From contig NC_086097.1 of assembly GCF_963921235.1 (NCBI RefSeq), positions 46,378,001 through 46,442,000 on the forward strand: a DNA stretch of 64,000 nucleotides, read 5' to 3'. Positions 53,157-64,000 of this stretch are shown one piece after another. Under the pieces are notes generated by a model that saw nothing but the letters and a program-made list of their open reading frames with translations, was not told where the DNA came from and ran no database searches. This DNA comes from Mobula hypostoma. Taxonomy: Eukaryota. Within the stretch, counting starts at the first letter, position 1. The number at the start of each line of letters is the position of its first letter. A program made the position numbers and the translations under genes.

Positions 53157-54462
53157 AACTGAAGGAAGAGTGAGTAAGGGATTTGAAAGTTGGAGGGGGA
53201 GGGGGAGATCCAAAATGATAGGAGAAGACAGGAGGGGGAGGGATGGAGCCAAGAGCTGGACAGGTGATAGGCAAAAGGGATATGAGAGGATCATGGGACA
53301 GGAGGTCCGGGAAGAAAGACAAGGAGGTGGGGGGGGGGACGCAGAGGATGGGCAAGAGGTATATTCAGAGGGACAGAGGGAGAAAAAGGAGAGTGAGAGA
53401 AAGAATGTGTGTATAAAAATAAGTAACAGACGGGGTACGAGGGGGAGGTGGGGCATTAGCGGAAGTTAGAGAAGTCGATGTTCATGCCATCAGGTTGGAG
53501 GCTACCCAGACGGAATATAAGGTGTTGTTCCTCCAACCTGAGTGTGGCTTCATCTTTATAGTAGAGGAGGCCGTGGATAGACATGTCAGAATGGGAATGG
53601 GATGTGGAATTAAAATGTGTGGCCACTGGGAGATCCTGCTTTCTCTGGCGGACAGAGCATAGATGTTCAGCAAAGCGGTCTCCCAGTCTGCGTCGGGTCT
53701 CGCCAATATATAAAAGGCCACATCGGGAGCACCGGACGCAGTATATCACCCCAGTCGACTCACAGGTGAAGTGTTGCCTCACCTGGAAGGACTGTTTGGG
53801 GCCCTGAATGGTGGTAAGGGAGGAAGTGTAAGGGCATGTATAGCACTTGTTCCGCTTACACGGATAAGTGTCAGGAGGGAGATCAGTGGGGAGGGATGGG
53901 GAGGACGAATGGACAAGGGAGTTGCGTGGGATCGATCCCTGCGGAATGCAGAGAGAGGGGGGGAGGGAAAGATGTGCTTAGTGGTGGGATCCCGTTGGAG
54001 GTGGCGGAAGTTACGGAGAATAATATGTTGGACCCAGAGGCTGGTGGGGTGGTAGGTGAGGACCAGGGGAACCCTATTCCTAGTGGGGTGGCGGGAGGAT
54101 GGAGTGAGAGCAGATGTACGTGAAATGAGGGAGATGCGTTTAAGAGCAGAGTTGATAGTGGAGGAAGGGAAGCCCCTTTCTTTAAAAAAGGAAGACATCT
54201 CCCTCGTTCTAGAATGAAAAGCCTCATCCTGAGAGCAGATGTGGCGGAGACGGAGGAATTGTGAGAAGGGGATGGCGTTTTTGCAAGAGACAGGGTGAGA
54301 AGAGGAATAGTCCAGATAGCTGTGAGAGTCAGTAGGCTTATAGTAGACATCAGTGGATAAGCTGTCTCCAGAGACAGAGACAGAAAGATCTAGAAAGGGG
54401 AGGGAGGTGTCGGAAATGGACCAGGTAAACTTGAGGGCAGGGTGAAAGTTGGAGGCAAAAAA

Positions 54463-56381
54463 AACTGCCGATGGGACATCAATCATCTCGACTTCACTGC
54501 ACCTTGTCCCCATTCCAGCCTCACTCCTTCGGAACACTCTGCTCTCCACTCCCTCCGCTCTAATCCTAACCTTATTATTAAACCCGCCGATAAGGGGGGT
54601 GCTGTTGTAGTCTGGCGTACTGACCTCTACCTTGCCGAGGCACAGCGACAACTCGCGGATACCTCCTCTTATTTACCCCTCGATCGTGACCCCACTAAGG
54701 AGCACCAGGCCATTGTCTCTCACACCATCACCGACTTTATCCGCTCAGGGGATCTCCCATCCACTGCTACCAACCTTATAGTTCCCACACCTCGCACTTC
54801 CCGTTTCTACCTCCTACCCAAGATCCACAAACCTGCCTGTCCTGGCCGACCTATTGTCTCCGCTTGCTCCTGCCCCACCGAACTCGTTTCTGCATACCTC
54901 GACACGGTTTTATCCCCCCTTGTTCAATCCCTTCCGACCTATGTTCGTGACACATCTTACGCTCTTAAACTTTTCGATGATTTTAAGTTCCCTGGCCCCC
55001 ACTGCTTTATCTTCACCATGGATGTCCAGTCCCTATATACTTCCATCCCCCATCAGGAAGGTCTCAAAGCTCTACGCTTCTTTTTGGATTCCAGACCTAA
55101 TCAGTTCCCCTCTACCACCACTCTGCTCCGTCTAGCGGAATTAGACCTTACTCTTAATAATTTCTCCTTTGGCTCCTCCCACTTCCTCCAAACTAAAGGT
55201 GTAGCTATGGGCACCCGTATGGGTCCTAGCTATGCCTGCCTTTTTGTTGGCATTGTGGAACAATCTATGTTCCGTGCCTATTCTGGTATCTGTCCCCCAC
55301 TTTTCCTTCGCTACATTGACGACTGCATTGGCGCTGCTTCCTGCACGCCTGCAGAACTCGTTGACTTTATTAACTTTGCCTCCAACTTCCACCCTGCTCT
55401 CAAGTTTACCTGGTCCATTTCCGACACCTCCCTCCCCTTTCTAGATCTTTCTGTCTCTGTCTCTGGAGACAGCTTATCCACTGATGTCTACTATAAGCCT
55501 ACTGACTCTCACAGCTATCTAGACTATTCCTCTTCTCACCCTGTCTCTTGCAAAAACGCCATCCCCTTCTCGCAATTCCTCCATCTCCACCGCATCTGCT
55601 CTCAGGATGAGGCTTTTCATTCTAGAACGAGGGCGATGTCTTCCTTTTTTAAAGAAAGGGGCTTCCCTTCCTCCACTATCAACTCTGCTTTTAAACGCAT
55701 CTCCCCCATTTCACATACATCTGCTCTCACTCCATCCTCCCGCCACCCCACTAGGAATAGGGTTCCCCTGGTCCTCACCTACCACCCCACCAGCCTCCGG
55801 GTCCAACATATTATTCTCCGTAACTTCCGCCACCCCCAATGGGATCCCACCACTAAGCACATCTTTCCCTCCCCCCTCTCTCTGCATTCCACAGGGATCG
55901 CTCCCTACGCATCTCCCTTGTCCATTCATTCGTCCCCCCATCCCTCCCCACTGATCTCCCTCCTGACATTTATCCGTGTAAGCGGAACAAGTGCTATACA
56001 TGCCCTTACACTTCCTCCCTTACCACCATTCAGGGCCCCAAACAGTCCTTCCAGGTGAGGCAACACTTCACCTGTGAGTCGATTGGGGTGATATACTGCG
56101 TCCGGTGCTCCTGATGTGGCCTTTTATATATTGGCGAGACCCGACGCAGACTGGGAGACCGCTTTGCTGAACATCTGTGCTCTGTCCGCCAGAGAAAGCA
56201 GGATCTCCCAGTGGCCACACATTTTAATTCCACATCCCATTCCCAGTCTGACATGTCTATCCATGGCCCCCTCCACTGTAAAGACGAAGTCACACTCAGG
56301 TTGGAGGAACAACACCTTATATTCCGTCTGGGTAGCCTCCAACCTGATGGCATGAACATCGACTTCTCTAACTTCCGCTAA
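54463..56381 (+). pseudogene. Penelope/Neptune-type reverse transcriptase-GIY-YIG ORF, 5'-truncated, frameshifted near 55870, stop near 56113
   Basis: IKPADKGGAVVV, FYLLPKIHK, PGRPIVS, MDVQSLYTSIPH, GVAMGTRMGPSYACLF, LRYIDD, FLDL, VYYKPT; ends ..DFSNFR*. Confidence 0.92.
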
Positions 56382-56677
56382 TGCCCCACCCCCCCGTACC
56401 CCATCTGTTACTTATTTTTATACACACATTCTTTCTCTCACTCTCCTTTTTCTCCCTCTGTCCCTCTGAATATACCCCTTGCCCATCCTCTGCGTCCCCC
56501 CCCCCACCTCCTTGTCTTTCTTCCCGGACCTCCTGTCCCATGATCCTCTCATATCCCTTTTGCCTATCACCTGTCCAGCTCTTGGCTCCATCCCTCCCCC
56601 TCCTGTCTTCTCCTATCATTTTGGATCTCCCCCTCCCCCTCCAACTTTCAAATCCCTTACTCACTCTTCCTTCAGTT

Positions 56678-56713
56678 AGTCCTGACGAAGGGTCTCGGCC
56701 TGAAACGTTGACT
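56678..56713 (+). ncRNA. Minimal type I hammerhead ribozyme, GUU cleavage triplet
   Basis: AGTC-CTGACGA-AGGgtctcggCCT-GAAA-CG-TT-GACT. Confidence 0.82.
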
Positions 56714-59145
56714 GCACCTCTTCCTAGAGATGCTGCCTGGCCTGTTGCGTTCACCAGCAACTTTTGCGTGTGTTGCTCTATCCACATATGTAACTTTCCC
56801 GTAATTCCATGGGCTCTTATCTTGTTAAGTAGCCTCATGTGTGGCACCTTGGCAAAGGCCTTCTGAAAATCCAAATATACAACATCCACTGCATCTCCCT
56901 TGTCTAGCCTACTTGTAATTTCCTCAAAAAATTGTAATAGGTTTGTCAGGCAGGATTTTCCTTTAAGGAATCCATGCTGAGTTCTGCCTATCTTGTCATA
57001 TGCCTCCAGGTACTCTGTAACCTCATCCTTGACAATTGACTCCAACAACTTCCCAACCACCGATGTCAAGCTAACAGGTCTATAATTTCCTTTTTGCCTC
57101 CTTGCCCCCTTCTTAAATAGCGGAGTGACATTTGAAATCTTCCAGTCCTCTGGAACCATGCCAGAATCTATCGACTTTTGAAAGATCATCACTAATGCCT
57201 CCACAATCTCCACAGCTACTTCCTTCAGAACACGAGGGTGCATTCCATCTGGTCCAGGAGATTTATCTACCTTTAGACTATTCAGCTTCCTGAGTACTTT
57301 CTCTGTTGTAATTGTGACTGCACACACTTCTCTTCCCTGCCACCCTTGAGTGTCCGGTATACTGCTGATGTCTTTCTCAGTGAAGACTGATGCAAAATAC
57401 TCACAGTTCCTCTGCCATCTCCTTATCTCCCATTACAATTACTCCAGCATCATTTTCTATTGGTCCTATATCTACTCTCACCTGTCTTTTACTCTTTATA
57501 TACCTGAAAAAGCTTTTAGTATCCTCTTCGATATTATTTGCTAGCTTCCTTTCATAGTTAATCTTTTCCCTCATAATGACCTTCTTAGTTTCCTTTTGTA
57601 AGCTTTTAGAAACTTCCCAATCCTCTGTCTTCCTACTAATTTTTGCTTCCTTGTATGCCCTCTCCTTTGCTTTAACTTTGGCTTTGACTTCTCTTGTCAG
57701 CCATGGTGGCATCCTTTTTCCCTTCGAAAATTTCTTCTTTTTTGGAATATATCTGTCTTGCACCTTCCTCACTTCTTGTATAAACTCCAGCCACTGCTGC
57801 TCTGTCATCCTTCCCGCCAGTATCCCTTTCCAGTTAACTTTGGCCAGTTCCTCTCTCATGCCACTATAATTTCCTTTACTCCACTGAAATACCGACACAT
57901 CAGATTTTGGCTTCTCTTTTTCAAATTTCACAGTGAACTCAGTCATGCTATGATCACTGCTTCCTAAGGGTTCCTTCACCTCAATCTCTCTAATCACCTC
58001 CGGTTCATTACACAATACCCAATCTAGTACAGCTGATCCCCTAGTGGGCTCAACAACAAGCTGTTCTAAAAAGCCATCTCGCAGACATTCTACAAATTCT
58101 CTCTCTTGAGATCCACTGCCGACCTGATTTTCCCAATCAACTCGCATGTTAAAATCCCCCACAATTATCATAACACTGCCCTTCTGACAAGCCTTTTCTA
58201 TTTCCTCTTGTAATTTGTAGTCCACATCACTGCAGTTGTTTGGAGGCCTATAAATAACTGCCATCAGGGTCCTTTTACCCCTGCGATTTCTTAGCTCAAC
58301 CCATAAAGATTCTGCACCTTCCTATCCTATATCGCCTCTTTCTAATGATCTAATATCATTTCTTACCAATAAATCCACGCCTCCTCCTCCCCCCGCCTAC
58401 CTTCCTATCCTTCCGATACACCGTGTATCCTTGGACGTTCAGCTCCCAGAGACATGCATCCTTCAGCCACATCTCAGTGATGGCCACAATATCATACCTG
58501 CCAATCTGTAGCTGTACGACAAGATCATCCACCTTATTCCTTATGCTGCGTGCATTTAAGTATAACACCTTAAGACCAGTATTTGGTACTTTTCGCTCTG
58601 ATTTCACTGCAACTCATCCCAATGGCTACAAATTTGCCCCACCACCTGCCTGTCTTTCCTGACATCTTTACTGCTCACTATCTTAGATTTATTTCTGTTT
58701 TCCCCTTCTTCCGCTCTATCATTCCGGTTCCCATCCCCTTGCCAAATTAGTTTAAACCCTCCCTAACAGCTCTATTAAACCTTCCCGCCAGGATATTGGT
58801 CCCCTTCGGGTTCAGCTGTAACCTGTCCCTTTTGAACAGGTCAAATATTTGTTAATGCGGGAACAAGCACTTTAAAAATGAGATTATTGTAGGATTGGTA
58901 TTAATGGATGTGCAGACTGGGTGAGCCTAAGGCCCCATTCCTGTGATGTCTCTCTCTAATTCTCTGGCTAAGAAATTTTACAGGAGATTTTCAGTAACAC
59001 CCACTGTTTCTGGAGAGGAATAAGAAGATTCAGTAGTGTGGCTTTTCAAACAGTGTTGTCAAAATATATCACTTTAGAGCTTTATCCATCAATTTTAGGG
59101 AGATAGGCAAAGAAGTTTTCACACTGAAAAAATGACCCAGGTGTA

Positions 59146-59219
59146 AATGTCCACTGTACCTCTTCCTAGAGATGCTGCCTGGCCTGCTGCGTTCACCAGC
59201 AACTTCGATGTGTGTTGTT
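59146..59219 (+). mobile_element. 74-bp Penelope tail micro-insertion
   Basis: Matches ~31159-31232; flanked by AGGTGTA at 59139-59145 and 59220-59226. Confidence 0.75.
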
Positions 59220-59526
59220 AGGTGTATTCTTGTATCATTGCAGTCAATTTCTTGCTTATCCTTCAATGAAAAGAATGGCTCAAACGCAGAAGAGGTGGAC
59301 ATTTACGGGAGTCTTGGAGGACACCTTCACCTCTAAGTTCTAAAACATTATTCTAAACATCAATTGGTTTGGGCCCTTGTCTGTTTCCCACTACATGTCA
59401 GGAAAACCCAAGAAATTGCTAAAGAATTTTAATAAATGAAAACAGAATTTGAATATAAACCTTTGTGTGTTCAGCTACTGCACAGAGGCATTTTCTACTA
59501 AATGTGATCAATGGTTAGAAGAAGTC

Positions 59527-62500
59527 ATAGTTAGAATAGTACAGCACATTAGAGGCCCTTCGGCCCACAATGTTGTGCCGACCCTCAAACACTGCCTCCC
59601 ATATAACCCCCCCACCTTAAATTCCGCCATATACCTGTCTAGTAGTCTCTTAAACTTCACTAGTGTATCTGCCTCCACCACTGACTCAGACAGTGCATTC
59701 CACGCACCAACCACTCTCTGAGTAAAAAAACCCTCCTCTGATATCCCCCTTGAACTTCCCACCCCTTATCTTAAAGCCATGTCCTCTTGTATTGAGCATT
59801 GGTGCCCTGGGGATGAGGCGCTGGCTATCCACTCTATCTATACCTCTTAATATCTTGTATACCTCTATCATGTCTCCTTTCATCCTCCTTTTCTCTAAAG
59901 AGTAAAGCCCTAGCTCCCTTAATCTCTGATCATAATCCATACTCTTTAAACCAGGCAGCATCCTGATAAATCTCCTCTGTACCCTTTCCAATGCTTCCAT
60001 ATCCTTCCTATAGTGAGGCGACCAGAACTGGACACAGTACTCCAAGTGTGGCCTAACCAGAGTTTTATAGAGCTGCATCATTACCTCGCAACTCTTAAAC
60101 GCTATCCCTCGACTTATGAAAGCTAACACCCTATAAGCTTTCTTAACTACCCTATCCACCTGTGAGGCAACTTTCAGGGACCTGTGGACATGTACCCCCA
60201 AATCCCTCTGCTCCTCCACACTGCCAAGTATCCTTCCATTTACTTTGTACTCTGCCTTGGAGTTTGTCCTTCCAAAGTGTACCACTTCACACTTCTCCGG
60301 GTTGAACTCCATCTGCCACTTCTCAGCCCACTTTTGCAACCTATCAATGTCTCTCTGCAATCTTTGATAATCCTCTACACTATCTACAACACCACCAACC
60401 TTTGTGTTGTCTGCAAACTTGCCAACCCACCTTTCTACCCCCATATCCAGGTCGTTAATAAAAATCACGAAAACTAGAGGTCCTAGAACCGATCCTTGTG
60501 GGACACCACTAGTCACAACCCTCCAATCCGAATGTACTCCCTCCACCACGTCCCTCTGCCTTCTGCAGGTAAGACAATTCTCAATCCACCTGGCCAAACT
60601 TCCCTGGATCCCATGCCTTCTGACTTTCTGAATAAGCCTACCATGTGGAACTTTGTCAAATGCCTTACTAAAATCTATATAGATCACATCCACTGCACTC
60701 CCCTCATCTATATGCCTGGTCACCTCCTCAAAAAACTCTATCAGGCTTGTTAGACACAATCCGCCCTTCACAAAGCCATGCTGACTGTCCCTGATCAGAC
60801 CATGATTCTCTATATGCCTATAGATCCTATCTCTAAGAATCTTTTCCAACAGCTTTCCCACCACAGACGTAAGGCTCACTGGTCTATAATTACCCGGATT
60901 ATCCTTGCTACCTTTTTTGAACAAGGGGACAACATTCGCCTCCCTCCAATCCTCCGGTACCATTCCCATAGACAACGAGGACATAAAGGTCCTAGCCAGA
61001 GGCTCAGCAATCTCTTTCCTTGCCTCATGGAGCAGCCTGGAGAATATTCCATCGGGCCCCGAGGACTTATCAGTTCTAATGTATTTTAATAACTCCAACA
61101 CCTCCTCTCCCTTAATATCAACATGCTCCAGAACATCAACCTCACTCATATTGTCCTCACTGTCATCAAGTACCCTCTCATTGGTGAATGCCAAAGAGAA
61201 GTATTCATTGAGGACCTCGCACACTTCCACAGCCTCCAGGCACATCTTCCCACCTTTATCTCTAATCGGTCCTACCTTCACTCCTGTCATCCTTTTTTTC
61301 TTCACATAATTGAAGAATGCCTTGGGGCTTTCCTTTACCCTACTCGCCAAGGCCTTCTCATGCCCCCTTCTTGCTCTTCTCAGACCCTTCTTAAGCTCCT
61401 TTCTCGCTACCCTATATTCCTCAATAGACCCATCTGATCCTTGCTTCCTAAACCTCATGTATGCTGCCTTCTTCCACCTGACTAGATTTTCCACCTCACT
61501 TGTCACCCATCGTTCCTTCACCCGACCATTCTTTATTTTCCTCACCAGGACAAATTTATCCCTAACATCCTGCAAGAGATCTCTAAACATCGACCACATG
61601 TCCATAGTACATTTCCCTACAAAAACATCATCCCAGTTCACACCTGCAAGCTCTAGCCTTATAGCCTCATAATTTGCCCTTCCCCAATTAAACATTTTCC
61701 TGTCCTCTCTGATTCTATCCTTTTCCATGATAATGCTGAAGGCCAGGGAGTGGTGGTCACTGTCCCCCAGATGCTCACCCACTGAGAGATCTGTGACCTG
61801 ACCCGGTTCTTTACCTAATACTAGATCTAGCATGGCATTTCCCCTAGTCGGCCTGTCAACATACTGTGACCAGAATCCATCCTGGTCACACTTAACAAAC
61901 TCTGCCCTGTCCAAACCCTTGGAACTAATCAGGTGCCAATCAATATCAGGGAAGTTAAAGTCACCCATGATAACAACCCTGTTATTTTTGCACCTTTCCA
62001 AAATCTGCCTCCCAATCTGCTCCTCGGTATCTCTGCTGCTACCAGGGGGCCTATAGTATACTCCCAATAGAGTAACTGCTCCCTTACTGTTATTGACTTC
62101 CACCCATACTGACTCAAAAGAGGATTCTGCTACATTACCCACCCTTTCTGTAGCTGTAATAGTATCCCTGACCAGTAATGCCACCCCTCCTCTCCTTTTT
62201 CCCCTCTCTCTATCCCTTTTAAAGCACTGAAATCCAGGAATATTGAGAATCCATTCCTGCCCTGGTGCCAGCCAAGTCTCTGTAATGGCCACTACATCAT
62301 AATTCCATGTATGTATCCAAGCTCTCAGTTCATCACCTTTGTTCCTCATGCTTCTTGCATTGAAGTACATGCACTTTAGCCCTTCTACCTTCCTACCTTT
62401 ACACACTTTATTCTGCTTCTCTTTCCTCAAAGCCTCTCTATATGTTAGATCTGGCTTTACTCCATGCACTTCTTTCACTGCTCTATCGCTCCAGGTCCAA

Positions 62501-62835
62501 TCCCCCTCGCAAATTAGTTTAAAATCCTCCTGAACCATGCTAGCAAACCTACCTGCAAGGATATTGCTCCCCCCTGAGTTCAGGTGCAACCCATCCAATC
62601 TGTACAGGTCCCACTTCCCCTGAAGAGATCCCAATGATCCAAAAATCTAAAACCCTGCCCCCTGCACCAACTCCTCAGCCATGCATTCAACTGCCATCTC
62701 CTCCAATTCTTAGCATCACAATCACGTAGGACTGGCAGCAATCCTAAGAACGCCACCCTTGAGGTCCTGTTCTTCAGCCTTCTGCCTAGTTCCCGAAACT
62801 CACACTTCAGGACCTCATCCCTCTTCCTGCCTATG
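59527..62835 (-). mobile_element. Young 5'-truncated CR1 LINE (SGNH-esterase ORF1 remnant and ORF2)
   Basis: ORF1 WQLNAWLRSWCRGQGFRFLDHWDLF..DGLHLN; ORF2 with endonuclease and RT. Confidence 0.95.
59686..62634 (-). pseudogene. 982-codon CR1 frame: esterase C-terminus, AP endonuclease and RT; catalytic FADD changed to FADN; frameshift near C-terminus
   Basis: NARS, AITETW, MGDFN, SDH, NYRPVSLTS, DFSKAFDKV, GVPQGSVLGP, FADNTK; native end FFTQRVVGAWNAL lies in another frame (59508-59762). Confidence 0.9.
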
Positions 62836-64000
62836 GAAAGAAGGGATTTCATTTCAAAATTTCAATAAGCTTTGCTGTTAGAACTTCCTTCACCTTAACT
62901 GAGCTATTTGCAGTGTTAGCACCAGCCAAGCTACTTACTGAGCTCGCGATTACTTATGTGGTCAGTAGAAACTCGTTATCTGAAACTACTGTCAGCAGAC
63001 TCAAACTTCACATCTCAGCTGTGTAAATCCTCATGGGTCCTGCTAATATGCAGAATGTAGTTTTTTCTGTCAATGGCAAAGAATGGGAATCAAGTAGGAA
63101 AGGGACTTTGTGGAATTTGCCATAACTTCAGTGAAATGTTCAGTGGCTGGTCTTCACTGTCAATTTGTGATTTGTGTACGTATTCTGCTAATGGAGATTT
63201 CTGTGAACTACTCAACTTTATACTATTAGTCCTAGCCTCAGAAACAATTTTGTGACTCTCATGTTCAATTGTAATACCTTTGAATATTTGCGTTCCTGAT
63301 TTTTATAATAATAGGAGCTGTATGTTAGATTATGACACTGTTCATCAACCTACTCAGCTACATTTTGCCTTTGGCCGACGAAGCGTGAAGGAACATACGC
63401 ATTTACATCAGTAAAGAGAAGAAAACGTTGAAACAGATTTGATACAATTCGATCCATGTGAGCACATGTTATCACACTCTAGAACATTCCACAGCAGATT
63501 TTTATCCTCTGAAGGTAGCAACAAACATGCAGCAATTGCAGTTGAATGGAATAATCAAATCAAGCGGTTGGGTTGTCTATTCTTTTCCTTATAGTTATAA
63601 ATCTGAGCGTTTCAGATGTAGTCAGGAATTGAGAGGAACAGGATAAGGACATTTTTTTTTGAATGGAAGTACTGCTTGCTAATTGTCAAGGGAAAATATG
63701 TGATAGAGAAGGTCAACAGCCTTCTCCTTACAACCATGTAAGTTGAATAATGTTCAGAATATTCATTCCAGCACTGTGAACAGAAAATTCTACGTGCCCT
63801 TGATTGTACAAATGGTCATGTCAGCTACTTCAAAATTTATTATCCATTGAAGGCTGACAATTCACATGAAATTCACAGAACTTTAATGCAGAAAATTCAC
63901 TTTTTCTTCTGGAATTGATAACATGCAAAAATTGCAAATGATTAAACCTTGCAATGAAATCAGTTGATGTAGATGCAGTGGTGTATATAGCCACCATGTG

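Larger units (their letters stand above)
53021..56774. mobile_element. Penelope-like element insertion 2: inverted arms (minus arm 53021-54459, plus arm ~54463-56774)
   Basis: 11-bp TSD GCTCTATCCAC at 53010-53020 and 56775-56785; A8 at the junction 54457-54464; ~1.4 kb inverted repeat. Confidence 0.95.
51920..58843 (-). mobile_element. CR1 LINE (ORF1 end and full ORF2 span) split by Penelope insertion 2
   Basis: ORF pieces 58356-58607, 57401-58264, 56790-57327, 52765-53020, 52285-52719, 52009-52284; reading continues across the insertion (WIE|RWLI). Confidence 0.93.

Noticed and set aside
52708..57327. Apparent chimeric ORFs (253, 290 and 319 aa)
   Set aside because: Read-through across CR1/Penelope or inversion junctions, not genes
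4640..64000. Exons of neighbours expected from mammalian synteny (LBHD2, EXOC3L4)
   Set aside because: No matching peptide found by eye; small exons could have been missed
1..64000. CRISPR arrays, prokaryotic operons, functional tRNA or rRNA genes
   Set aside because: None seen; tRNA-like sequence is a SINE head and the rRNA match is a decayed fragment

Overview
Vertebrate nuclear DNA, inferred from repeat content (CR1 with esterase ORF1, Rex1/Babar, V-SINE, DeuSINE, Penelope) to be a cartilaginous fish, probably a ray; not verified. The only host protein-coding sequence I can support is coding exon 1 of CDC42BPB (MRCK-beta; minus strand, 3728-3902) with its CpG-island promoter and two candidate uORFs. 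The remaining ~59 kb upstream is a nested retroelement landscape. Most notable: (1) two Penelope-like (Neptune-type) insertions, each with two 3' ends in inverted orientation, 11-14 bp target-site duplications (TSDs), a minimal hammerhead ribozyme in every arm, and the same pair of alternative 3' endpoints 37-38 nt apart, plus isolated micro-insertions of those sub-segments; (2) a conserved U_UUA_AAC slippery heptamer at the ORF1/ORF2 junction of three CR1 copies, suggesting -1 ribosomal frameshifting; (3) an internally deleted endogenous retrovirus with a 5-bp TSD; (4) a decayed copy of the 28S rRNA 3' end; (5) a composite Tc1-like MITE. Boundaries of old repeats are approximate, and family names come from recognised motifs, not database searches.
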